NCBI GenBank assembly: GCA_030688545.1
Contig: JAUYHT010000006.1
Location: 60,001 to 92,000 of the forward strand
Length of the DNA: 32,000 nt
Direction: 5' to 3'
From: Candidatus Iainarchaeum sp.
GTDB taxonomy: Archaea; Iainarchaeota; Iainarchaeia; Iainarchaeales; VGJJ01
Position 1 is the stretch's first letter. Each line of letters begins with the position of its first letter. Below, in pieces: positions 8,382-15,517 of this stretch. A program made the position numbers and the translations under genes. A model generated the notes under the pieces. That model was not told where the DNA came from, made no database searches, and saw only the letters and a list, made by a program, of their open reading frames with translations.

Positions 8382-8777
8382 TCAATGCACGCCTGCTTTC
8401 ACTTTCTTCTTAATGGGTTGGTCTTCCAGCATCTCCAGGGGAGGGACTCTCAATTCCTCGATGGCCTCGCGCACCTCGCCCACCGTGGTATCTTTGGATG
8501 CAATTGGGTTGTTCCCTTTTTCCCCATCCTCATCTTCTTTCCCCCCCAATTCCCGTGAAAGTTCTTTAATCTCCCTAAGGCGCTGCTTGAGCTCCTGCAG
8601 TAGCTTTTCTCTCTGGGCCTTGTCCATGGGCCTCTCATCGTTTTCGGTCATACCTACCTTCTTCCGGGTCCCCAGAACCCGTATGAGGCACTCCTTTAAA
8701 TGTTCCCTCCCCCTTTTTCCATCACGAGGAGCCCGTGGAACCACCTTTATGCCCAGCCTGTCTTCGATCGCCTTCAT
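8382..8777 (-). CDS. Hypothetical charged coiled-coil protein (start uncertain: 8777 or the ATG at 8651)
   Basis: Lys/Glu-rich helical sequence (QREKLLQELKQRLREIKELSREL). The opposite-strand frame here is a Ser/Leu/Phe-rich shadow. The maximal ORF overlaps the uppS 5' end by 29 nt. The palindromic TATA-like CTTTAAAT at 8694-8701 favours the ATG at 8651, which gives 89 aa. Confidence 0.5.
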   Translation of the reverse strand: MKAIEDRLGIKVVPRAPRDGKRGREHLKECLIRVLGTRKKVGMTENDERPMDKAQREKLLQELKQRLREIKELSRELGGKEDEDGEKGNNPIASKDTTVGEVREAIEELRVPPLEMLEDQPIKKKVKAGVH

Positions 8778-9450
8778 CCCTGACGGGAACCGCAGGTTTG
8801 CCCTATCGCAAGGACTGAACCTGGCCGACGCCTACCAATTAGGCACCCAGAAGTCGTGGGATGTCATGCAGTGGCTGGTCCAATATCCTTCTATCAAGGT
8901 AGGAACGTTTTACACCCTCTCCCTCGAGAACATCACCCGCTCCTCCACCGAGCTGAATATCCTTTTTTCTATATTCGAACGGGAGGCCGACCGCCTCCTT
9001 AAGGATGAACGATTCAAAACCCATGAGTTCGCGGTGAAATTCCTAGGGCGGTTGGAACATTTTCCCGACTCATTACGCTCAAAAATGATGACCATCCAGG
9101 AGCGTTCCCAGGACTATGCCAAGCGCCTCATTAACGTGGCCATCGGCTACAATGGAAGAGCAGAAATCGTGGATGCCGCCAAGAGGTTAGCGGAGGATGT
9201 CCGTATCGGGAAAGCCAATCCCTCAGACATCGATGAGGAGAGCTTCAAGGATTATCTGTATGGAAATTTCCAGGACCCGGATATGATCGTGCGCACGGGA
9301 CACACGCAACGCCTCTCGGGATTTTTGACGTATCAGAGCGTGTACTCCGAGCTCTATTTCCTCAATAAGTTTTGGCCCGAGTTCGGGGAAGAGGACCTGC
9401 GCACCGCCATCCAAACATTCGAGAGCAGGGATAGGCGCTTTGGGAAATAG
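8749..9450 (+). CDS. uppS: Undecaprenyl/cis-prenyl diphosphate synthase (UPPS family)
   Basis: IAFIPDGNRRFA and RTGHTQRLSGFLTYQSVYSELYF are hallmark cis-prenyltransferase motifs. The first 128 codons of the track ORF (8365-8748) are an antisense shadow, so the start is set at the ATG at 8749. Confidence 0.9.
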   Translation: MPSLSSIAFIPDGNRRFALSQGLNLADAYQLGTQKSWDVMQWLVQYPSIKVGTFYTLSLENITRSSTELNILFSIFEREADRLLKDERFKTHEFAVKFLGRLEHFPDSLRSKMMTIQERSQDYAKRLINVAIGYNGRAEIVDAAKRLAEDVRIGKANPSDIDEESFKDYLYGNFQDPDMIVRTGHTQRLSGFLTYQSVYSELYFLNKFWPEFGEEDLRTAIQTFESRDRRFGK

Positions 9451-9489
9451 GATTCATTTTCATTTCAATCTCTCAGGGCATTGCCAAAA

Positions 9490-10671
9490 TTATTCCTCCA
9501 CCCTCGCTTGGTCGAAATCGATGACGACAACCTTAGGCCATTTCTTTCCATCTTTTTCTGCCCAAGTCACGATCATATTCCTGTAGTGCAGATGCCCATG
9601 AATGATTCGTCGCCGAATGAAACTCTTTTCGATAGATCCCATCTGACGCAATACTTCATTCCTCCACTTGCGTCCTGAGGGCCCACCAAGAAAATCAATG
9701 AGAGTGGGACCTTCAATCACACGACTATATACCAGTATGTCCCCCTCTGACACGAACCTATCCAACCTGTTTCTTCTGATCCGATGAGCACGCAACTTCC
9801 CATTTTTCCAAATAAGGGGTTCCACTGGAATGCCCGCTTTTTCCGCTGCAACCCAGGCTTTCAGATTTTCAGTCGATATCGCCCGGGCTATCACTTTCCC
9901 GAAAAGCTTTCCGCCGAAGGCGAATCCAGCCGATCCCGTTCGTGCAAGCCTCGCACGCCGAATCCTATTGGACGGGTCTAAAAAAGCAGCCAATTTGGGA
10001 AGATCCTCTTGGAGCCCAAACAACGTGAACGCACCTTTCGCTCCCAACACCCGAAGCGTTGCAATAGCTCTAACCCTCACAGAACGCCACGGATCCCTTA
10101 CTAAAGGCCAAACTTTTTCCGCCGACTTTGGATTCCTATCATTATATACCCAATCCAACGCGGCATCGCGAACCTCCCAATTTGGGTTTCTCAGCAAAGA
10201 CCATACAACCAAACGATCCGCTGGTCTCGGCTCCTTTGCGAGCATTTTGGTCGCGAACTTAACCGTTTGCGCGTTGACCCTTTTTTTCCTGATTATCCTC
10301 CGCGCCTCTTTTACCAACTGATGGGAGTCGATTATACGTAATGCCTCATACGCCATCATTTGCACTCGTTGGTTATTATACTCCAAAAATGGCACGACTG
10401 CATTACTAAAACGATTTGTCCTCTCTGTTTGAAGAGATATTAATGTTTCAGCGATAATCCCAGGATCATTACTTTCCAAATACGAGGTCACTTTTTGCAC
10501 ATACTCACTCGAATGCCCTTTCTCCCGCAACTGATCTAATTCATCTACTATTCTAGTCAGCCTCAACTCGTATAAAAACCGATGCCCTGAAACCTTCTCA
10601 CTATCCGATATGCGTAGCCTCCTTGCCGATGGCTTACGCACCTGAATCTGCTTAGCTCTCCTGTGCCCCAT
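9490..10671 (-). CDS. HEAT-repeat protein fused to a C-terminal atypical (RIO/Bud32/Kdo-like) kinase-fold domain
   Basis: About four PBS-lyase-type HEAT repeats (LRNPNWEVRDAALDWV, VRDPWRSVRVRAIATLRVLG). The C-terminal part reads GSAGFAFGGKLFGKVIA...VIEGPTL...RRIIHGHLHYRNMIV...VVVIDFDQA. The track start at 10677 is a TTG. The ATG at 10671 sits 25 nt downstream of a strong TATA. Confidence 0.6.
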   Translation of the reverse strand: MGHRRAKQIQVRKPSARRLRISDSEKVSGHRFLYELRLTRIVDELDQLREKGHSSEYVQKVTSYLESNDPGIIAETLISLQTERTNRFSNAVVPFLEYNNQRVQMMAYEALRIIDSHQLVKEARRIIRKKRVNAQTVKFATKMLAKEPRPADRLVVWSLLRNPNWEVRDAALDWVYNDRNPKSAEKVWPLVRDPWRSVRVRAIATLRVLGAKGAFTLFGLQEDLPKLAAFLDPSNRIRRARLARTGSAGFAFGGKLFGKVIARAISTENLKAWVAAEKAGIPVEPLIWKNGKLRAHRIRRNRLDRFVSEGDILVYSRVIEGPTLIDFLGGPSGRKWRNEVLRQMGSIEKSFIRRRIIHGHLHYRNMIVTWAEKDGKKWPKVVVIDFDQARVEE

Positions 10672-10689
10672 ATCCAAATCTCACAAAAT

Positions 10690-10703
10690 CTTTATAGATA
10701 AAC
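10690..10703 (-). promoter_or_regulatory. TATA box (GTTTATCTATAAAG on the minus strand) for the HEAT/kinase-like gene
   Basis: Centred about 25 nt upstream of the ATG at 10671. Confidence 0.5.
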
Positions 10704-10812
10704 ATTCCTGGCACCCTTGAAAACCCATATCCTCCAGCCCCATCTTGGCGCTCCACCCTCTCTTCCGGCAGTAAAATAGCCCATCATTCCCTCCCTTTTC
10801 CGTGGTGGGAAC

Positions 10813-11211
10813 ATGGTGCTCTATCTCCCCTGGAAAACCTTTTCAGAATTTGAGCAGAATCTTCGCGCCCTCATCCGCACGGAAGCCTCTCATGCGTCCA
10901 CCCCCATCCCTTTTCTCCATTGCCAGCACCCCATGACGCGCGCCCTGCTCAACCAGAGGCACTGGCAGCCTTTTCTTTCCCACTTGGAATTGCTCCTTAT
11001 CCACGATCCGGAGGACCTTCTTTACCTCCTCAAATCCCTGGGCTTTCGAAAAAAACTCGGCGGAAAAAATATCATCATCCTCTCTCCTTATGCTCATCTG
11101 TTGGAAGGACTATCCCTCCGCTCGGAAAAGGAATGGGTGGAAAACCTTCAGAGGGAAATAGCTAAGCTGGAAGAGAAATATACCATTCACGTGGTGGTAG
11201 CGGAGAATTGA
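10813..11211 (+). CDS. Hypothetical protein (132 aa)
   Basis: ATG-initiated ORF in an otherwise unassigned interval, with non-repetitive composition. No motif recognised. Confidence 0.45.
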   Translation: MVLYLPWKTFSEFEQNLRALIRTEASHASTPIPFLHCQHPMTRALLNQRHWQPFLSHLELLLIHDPEDLLYLLKSLGFRKKLGGKNIIILSPYAHLLEGLSLRSEKEWVENLQREIAKLEEKYTIHVVVAEN

Positions 11212-11230
11212 AATTTTAAATCGGGCGCTA

Positions 11231-12124
11231 TCAGCGTCGTCGATATGGGGATTTTCCTTGCCCTATTGGTTTTACTTCTCTTTTTTTATCCGCTTTCACT
11301 TTCAAAGGTCTTATTTTAGTTTTACCTGCAGGTAATCGGATATCTCTCCTTTTTCCTCGTCGTTGTTTCCGTGCCCCAATTCCTATTTGGAATCCGATAC
11401 CGATGCGCTCATGCCCATCCGGCCCTTTCTCCCCGAATAACATGAGATGAGATTTTCCATCTCCCAATCCATAGGCGATGCGGCCAATATTGACTTGATT
11501 CTCCAAATTGTGTGCGAACCCGGCTGCCCATCTTCCCCATGCGTGCTCAACCCCAAGAGTGGTGTCCAAGTGCTTCCCATTATTCGCTACGATCAAAGAG
11601 GTCACCGGACCATTCCAGTTGAAATCTTTCTTGACAGCCAGTTGTTGGGAGCGACTTCCAAAATCGGGGACGAGAGAATAGTATAGGTTTGTATTACCAG
11701 GCAGCCCCCATTTGGAAGCGAGCCGGGTGAATGTATCCGTTGGAGTTCCGAAAACGCGAACGCCGAGCGTCACTTTTTCATTAATCAAACTCCCGGCGAT
11801 TCCCATCGCCATGAATTGGGTTCCTGGGTTGTTGATATCGGTCGCCGTAAGATAATTCAAATAGGTCCCCTTCCACCCGGTTTCATGCCATCCCAGAACG
11901 GCTGGAACCAAGGCTGTCTCATTCGTTTTAGGATTGTAAATGGTATCGAAAGCCAAGAGGTGAACATTCGTTCCCGTGCGCGTAGGAGCCGAGCTCGGAG
12001 GGATTAACATTGGCGCTCGTTCCCCCGGCCCACCACGCTGGGGCGCGGTGCACGCAATCAACGCAAAGGGAATAATCCCGGCACGAAAAAAACGAAGTGT
12101 TTTTCTTTTTTGTATGGGGCGCAT
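11231..12124 (-). CDS. Putative secreted lipoprotein, beta-strand-rich, with a polybasic C-terminal tail
   Basis: The N-terminus MRPIQKRKTLRFFRAGIIPFALIAC has a charged n-region, an h-region and an L-I-A-C lipobox. The body has alternating hydrophobic and Gly/aromatic patterns. In the last 48 aa, 19 residues are K or R. There is a TATA at about -24. Confidence 0.6.
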   Translation of the reverse strand: MRPIQKRKTLRFFRAGIIPFALIACTAPQRGGPGERAPMLIPPSSAPTRTGTNVHLLAFDTIYNPKTNETALVPAVLGWHETGWKGTYLNYLTATDINNPGTQFMAMGIAGSLINEKVTLGVRVFGTPTDTFTRLASKWGLPGNTNLYYSLVPDFGSRSQQLAVKKDFNWNGPVTSLIVANNGKHLDTTLGVEHAWGRWAAGFAHNLENQVNIGRIAYGLGDGKSHLMLFGEKGPDGHERIGIGFQIGIGARKQRRGKRRDIRLPAGKTKIRPLKVKADKKREVKPIGQGKSPYRRR

Positions 12125-12143
12125 GGAAGGTGAACGCCCCCCC

Positions 12144-12151
12144 CTTTAAAT
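12144..12151 (-). promoter_or_regulatory. TATA box (ATTTAAAG on the minus strand) for the lipoprotein gene
   Basis: Centred about 24 nt upstream of the ATG at 12124. Confidence 0.45.
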
Positions 12152-12185
12152 CCTTTGGGTTGTCTCGAAATTATTAGGCCAAAAA

Positions 12186-12452
12186 CTAGATTAATTTCTT
12201 CCCATCCTTATCAAAAAGGTGAATCACATTCACCGGGCAGGAGTCGGCGGCCTCTTTGTTAGAAACGTATTTGTCCTGGTCGATCTCCCTTTCTTCCAGG
12301 GTGATTTGCCCTCCTTCCTCAGTGTGCTTGCTTTCCTTGAGGTCGGATTTCCCGTCGACGGGGGACATCTCCCAATAGTCAGGGGCCACCGCGGCGCAGG
12401 CGCCGCAGCCGATACAGTTGGGTCGGTCGTGCTGGATCTTGAAATCGGACAT
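12186..12452 (-). CDS. Small 4Fe-4S ferredoxin
   Basis: CIGCGACAAVAP ... SCPVNVI cluster-binding pattern (CxxCxxC...CP). The start is set at the ATG at 12452 (MSDFKIQHDRPNC), preceded by the SD-like AAGGGAGA. The longer track ORF would run over the tRNA promoter. Confidence 0.8.
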   Translation of the reverse strand: MSDFKIQHDRPNCIGCGACAAVAPDYWEMSPVDGKSDLKESKHTEEGGQITLEEREIDQDKYVSNKEAADSCPVNVIHLFDKDGKKLI

Positions 12453-12570
12453 CAAAAAAGTCTCCCTTCTGGCAAAGGTAACCAAAGGGAGACCCCGAAC
12501 TGTTTTAAAGATATGGGAACAGTGCTCCAACCTTCCGTTGGTTCCCGAAAGGAATGGCATTTTGACGGTA

Positions 12571-12577
12571 TTTATAA
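12571..12577 (+). promoter_or_regulatory. TATA box (TTTATAA) for tRNA-Gln
   Basis: Centred 32 nt upstream of the mature tRNA 5' end, consistent with a short 5' leader. Confidence 0.5.
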
Positions 12578-12605
12578 CCGTTTCCACCTTGGGATTTTGA
12601 GGGAA

Positions 12606-12678
12606 AGCCCCGTCGTCTAGTGGTCAAGGATACGAGACTCTGACTCTCGGGACCGGAGTTCGAATCTCCGCGGGGCTA
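12606..12678 (+). tRNA. tRNA-Gln (anticodon CTG at 12640-12642), no encoded CCA
   Basis: I folded the cloverleaf by hand. Acceptor stem AGCCCCG/CGGGGCT with discriminator A. D-stem GTCT/GGAT. Anticodon stem CGAGA/TCTCG with loop CTCTGAC. T-arm CGGAG-TTCGAAT-CTCCG. Confidence 0.9.
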
Positions 12679-12719
12679 TGAGGAGGCTCCTACTTCACAG
12701 GATGTCGTACGCTTTTTCG

Positions 12720-12742
12720 CCGGCCTTTTTCTAAAAGGCCGG
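12720..12742. terminator. Hairpin CCGGCCTTTT-TCT-AAAAGGCCGG (member of the T-tract hairpin family)
   Basis: Perfect 10-bp stem with a 3-nt loop. Preceded by a T5 tract (12713-12717) and located downstream of tRNA-Gln. Confidence 0.45.
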
Positions 12743-12806
12743 TTCCCGAATCTCCGCGGGGCTATGGGGGGGTTTCTGCTCTACAGAAACCCGCACGCTT
12801 TTTCGT

Positions 12807-12829
12807 CGATCTTTTTAGGAAAAAGGTCG
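12807..12829. terminator. Hairpin CGATCTTTTT-AGG-AAAAAGGTCG (member of the T-tract hairpin family)
   Basis: 10-bp stem (one G-U pair) with a 3-nt loop, preceded by a T5 tract. It is the second tandem unit after tRNA-Gln. Confidence 0.4.
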
Positions 12830-12874
12830 GTTCTTAAATCTCCGCGGGCTGTCCATTTGATGGAGAAATAGCTT

Positions 12875-13810
12875 ATGGATAATCCATTGCTCGAGAAGAA
12901 TGTCCTTTTCCTGACCATGGATTCGTGTCGGTTTGACACCATGGTCAAGGCCCAGGCGCCAACGATTAAGAGTATTGGGCCTCTTCGGATGGCTAAAACC
13001 CCCGGGACATTCACTATTCCCGCGCATTTGGCTTTCTTCACCGGCCATCTTCCCAACGTTTTCAAGGACCCCCTGCCGTATTATTCACAGCAAGTGAAAA
13101 AACTCTGGTTTGTTCGCCATTCCCCTCCATTGTTTTCTGGAATCAATTGTGGGATACCATTGTTTGGGCGCACTATTTTCGATGGGTATGCTCGGGAAGG
13201 ATTCCACGTCCTGGGAGTGGGAGGGGTTTCTCCTTTCCATCCAGACGGGGTGCTTCGCCCCCATTTCCCGGGAGAATTTTTGTATTATGGATTGTCTTCC
13301 CATCAGCATCCCTTCCAATCCGCCCGCAAATCCCAGTTCGCGCTTACCCACGTCAATGAAATCGTGGACCATTTGTCACCCCATGATAAGTGGTTTCTTT
13401 TTCTGAACGCCCGGGAGACGCATTACATGTATGACACGGGGAATGGGATTCCTAAAAAAATACGGGACTATTTTCCGGCACTGAAAACCGCCTATAACCT
13501 CCGTGAGCATACGGGAATGGAATTCCCTTCCTGGTTGGGGAAACGCCTGCATCGCCTGCAGATTGAAGCATTGGAGACCCTGGATGCCCGTTTAAAGACA
13601 TTGATAACTCACCTCCCCGGGGAACAGGATATCCTGATGGTCATCTGTGCTGACCATGGGGAGAATTTGGGGGAAACCTATTTGGGGAAACCCCGATTCG
13701 GCCACGAAATCGCCTCTCCTCACGTGATAAATGTGCCCCTCCTCATTGGCACGCGTAATGGAATGAGGCCGGGCGGTTTCAAACATGGGGATTGGCCCTC
13801 AACGCTTTAA
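12875..13810 (+). CDS. Alkaline-phosphatase-superfamily metalloenzyme (nucleotide pyrophosphatase/phosphodiesterase- or sulfatase-like)
   Basis: LFLTMDSCRFD (metal-binding Asp), PGTFTIPAHLAFFTGHLP (TxP.H..TG nucleophile region) and VICADHGENLGE (DHG motif). Confidence 0.65.
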   Translation: MDNPLLEKNVLFLTMDSCRFDTMVKAQAPTIKSIGPLRMAKTPGTFTIPAHLAFFTGHLPNVFKDPLPYYSQQVKKLWFVRHSPPLFSGINCGIPLFGRTIFDGYAREGFHVLGVGGVSPFHPDGVLRPHFPGEFLYYGLSSHQHPFQSARKSQFALTHVNEIVDHLSPHDKWFLFLNARETHYMYDTGNGIPKKIRDYFPALKTAYNLREHTGMEFPSWLGKRLHRLQIEALETLDARLKTLITHLPGEQDILMVICADHGENLGETYLGKPRFGHEIASPHVINVPLLIGTRNGMRPGGFKHGDWPSTL

Positions 13811-13843
13811 TACCACAAAACCCTTCCATGCGTCCGGATTCCT

Positions 13844-15517
13844 ATGGCTCCGGATGCACCTTCTCATTCTACCAAAAAAACCAAATACATCGTCGTCACC
13901 GGAGGGGTTCTTTCGGGATTAGGAAAAGGGATCGCGGCGGCTTCCATCGGCCATTTGTTTGCTTCCGCAGGGCTAAAGGTCATCCCCATGAAGCTGGATG
14001 GCTACTTGAATGTGGATCCCGGCACCATGAATCCCATCGAGCACGGAGAGGTATTTGTTCTGGATGATGGGGGAGAAGTGGATATGGATTTTGGACACTA
14101 TGAACGTTTTTTGGGGGTTACATGCAAATCCGAATGGAACCTCACCATGGGAAAGATTTACGATTTTGTTCGACAGAAAGAGCGGCGGGGCGATTATTTA
14201 GGAAAAACGGTCCAGTACATCCCCCACGTCACCAATGCCATCAAAGAGTTGCTTCATCAGGTGGTGGAGGAAGAGCATCCCGATATCCTTCTTATCGAAG
14301 TGGGGGGAACAGTTGGGGATATGGAAAACGAGTTGTATGTGGAGGCAGTACGGCAACTCCGGAAGGAAGTGGGGGAAACCAACATTGCTTACGTCCATTT
14401 GACGTATGTCCCCATTCTCTCCGCGGTGAAGGAACAAAAATCCAAGCCCACCCAGCAGAGCGTAGGTTTGTTACGCCAGCGGGGCATCCAACCCGATATC
14501 ATCATTGGTCGGTGCAAGGAAAAACTTACGGATGCGGTGAAGGCCCGCATCGCCATGTTCTGCGACATCCGGAAGGAAGGGGTTATCACCGGCTTGGATG
14601 TGGATGACGTGTACAAAATTCCTATCGTGTATTACGAGGAAGGGATTCTCACCCAGCTCAATAGCAAATTGGGCTTGGATGCCAAACCCTGCATCCAGGA
14701 TTGGGAACCCTTCCTCCGCCGCCACTCCGAGAAAAAGGCCCGCATTGCCATCTGCGGGAAATACACTTCATTAGGGGATTCCTATGCCTCGGTCATCGAA
14801 GCCATCCACCATGCGGCCGCGCACCAGGAAGTGGATCCCATCATCCAATGGGTGGAGACAACCGCTATTGAGGAAGGGAAGGTGACGGTGAGCGAGGCCC
14901 TGAAAGGGATAGATGGGATTGTCGTTCCTGGAGGATTTGGCGGGCGAGGCACTGAAGGAAAGATCCAGGTTATCCAATACGCAAGGGAGCACCACATCCC
15001 CTTCCTCGGGCTATGCTATGGCATGCAGTTGGCGGTCATCGAGTTCGCCCGCCATGCCTGCCACCTCCATAATGCGCATTCCTCTGAAATTAATCCCGGC
15101 ACCCCCCATCCGGTCATTGACCTCCTCCCCGAACAGGTCGAGATAAAAGAAAAAGGCGCCACCATGCGTTTGGGAGGGCAGGATGTGGCCATCCAAATAG
15201 GAACGCGCGCCCACGCCCTTTTCGGGGATACCACGCGCTTGCGTTTCAGGCACCGGTATGAGGTGAACCCAAAATACATTCCGCTCCTAACCCAGTATGG
15301 GATGATCTTCTCCGGGAGAGCCCCGGAACGAGAAATAATGCAGGTCCTCGAACTCCCTAATCATCCTTTTTTCATGGCCACGCAGGCCCACCCCGAGCTG
15401 ACCTCGCGCCCCGATAAACCCAACCCATTATTCCATGCATTCGTGGGCGCGTGCGTCCCGATAGAAAAAGTTCTCACGGAGCGACAGACACACAACCTGG
15501 GCCCGCATTTCCCGTAG
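13844..15517 (+). CDS. pyrG: CTP synthase
   Basis: KYIVVTGGVLSGLGKGI N-terminal synthetase motif, GATase domain with LGLCYGMQ (Cys nucleophile), and HRYEVN. The length of 557 aa includes a short C-terminal extension that overlaps the convergent gene. Confidence 0.95.
   Translation: MAPDAPSHSTKKTKYIVVTGGVLSGLGKGIAAASIGHLFASAGLKVIPMKLDGYLNVDPGTMNPIEHGEVFVLDDGGEVDMDFGHYERFLGVTCKSEWNLTMGKIYDFVRQKERRGDYLGKTVQYIPHVTNAIKELLHQVVEEEHPDILLIEVGGTVGDMENELYVEAVRQLRKEVGETNIAYVHLTYVPILSAVKEQKSKPTQQSVGLLRQRGIQPDIIIGRCKEKLTDAVKARIAMFCDIRKEGVITGLDVDDVYKIPIVYYEEGILTQLNSKLGLDAKPCIQDWEPFLRRHSEKKARIAICGKYTSLGDSYASVIEAIHHAAAHQEVDPIIQWVETTAIEEGKVTVSEALKGIDGIVVPGGFGGRGTEGKIQVIQYAREHHIPFLGLCYGMQLAVIEFARHACHLHNAHSSEINPGTPHPVIDLLPEQVEIKEKGATMRLGGQDVAIQIGTRAHALFGDTTRLRFRHRYEVNPKYIPLLTQYGMIFSGRAPEREIMQVLELPNHPFFMATQAHPELTSRPDKPNPLFHAFVGACVPIEKVLTERQTHNLGPHFP

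Larger units (their letters stand above)
12681..12852 (+). repeat. Two tandem 86-nt units, each ending in a copy of the tRNA-Gln 3' end
   Basis: CGAATCTCCGCGGGGCTATG (12661-12680: the tRNA T-loop/acceptor 3' half plus 2 flanking nt) recurs exactly at 12747-12766 and degenerately (TAAATCTCCGCGGGCTGT) at 12835-12852. The units 12681-12766 and 12767-12852 are about 70% identical by eye. Confidence 0.8.

Noticed and set aside
8365-8748. 128-codon N-terminal extension of the uppS ORF, which is Ser/Leu/Phe-rich.
   Set aside because: It is a low-complexity shadow of the Lys/Glu-rich coiled-coil gene on the opposite strand. The conserved UPPS sequence begins right after the ATG at 8749.
12453-12587. 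Longer version of the ferredoxin ORF (133 aa).
   Set aside because: The extension has no ferredoxin-like sequence. It also runs across the TATA box of the divergently placed tRNA-Gln. The ATG at 12452 is preceded by an SD-like AAGGGAGA.
12681-12852. The idea that the post-tRNA units are split-tRNA 3' halves, as in Nanoarchaeum-type split tRNA genes.
   Set aside because: The copies cover only the T-loop/acceptor 3' segment (18-20 nt). They lack an anticodon-side half, a bulge-helix-bulge context and a complementary leader. The T-stem 5' arm is not conserved.
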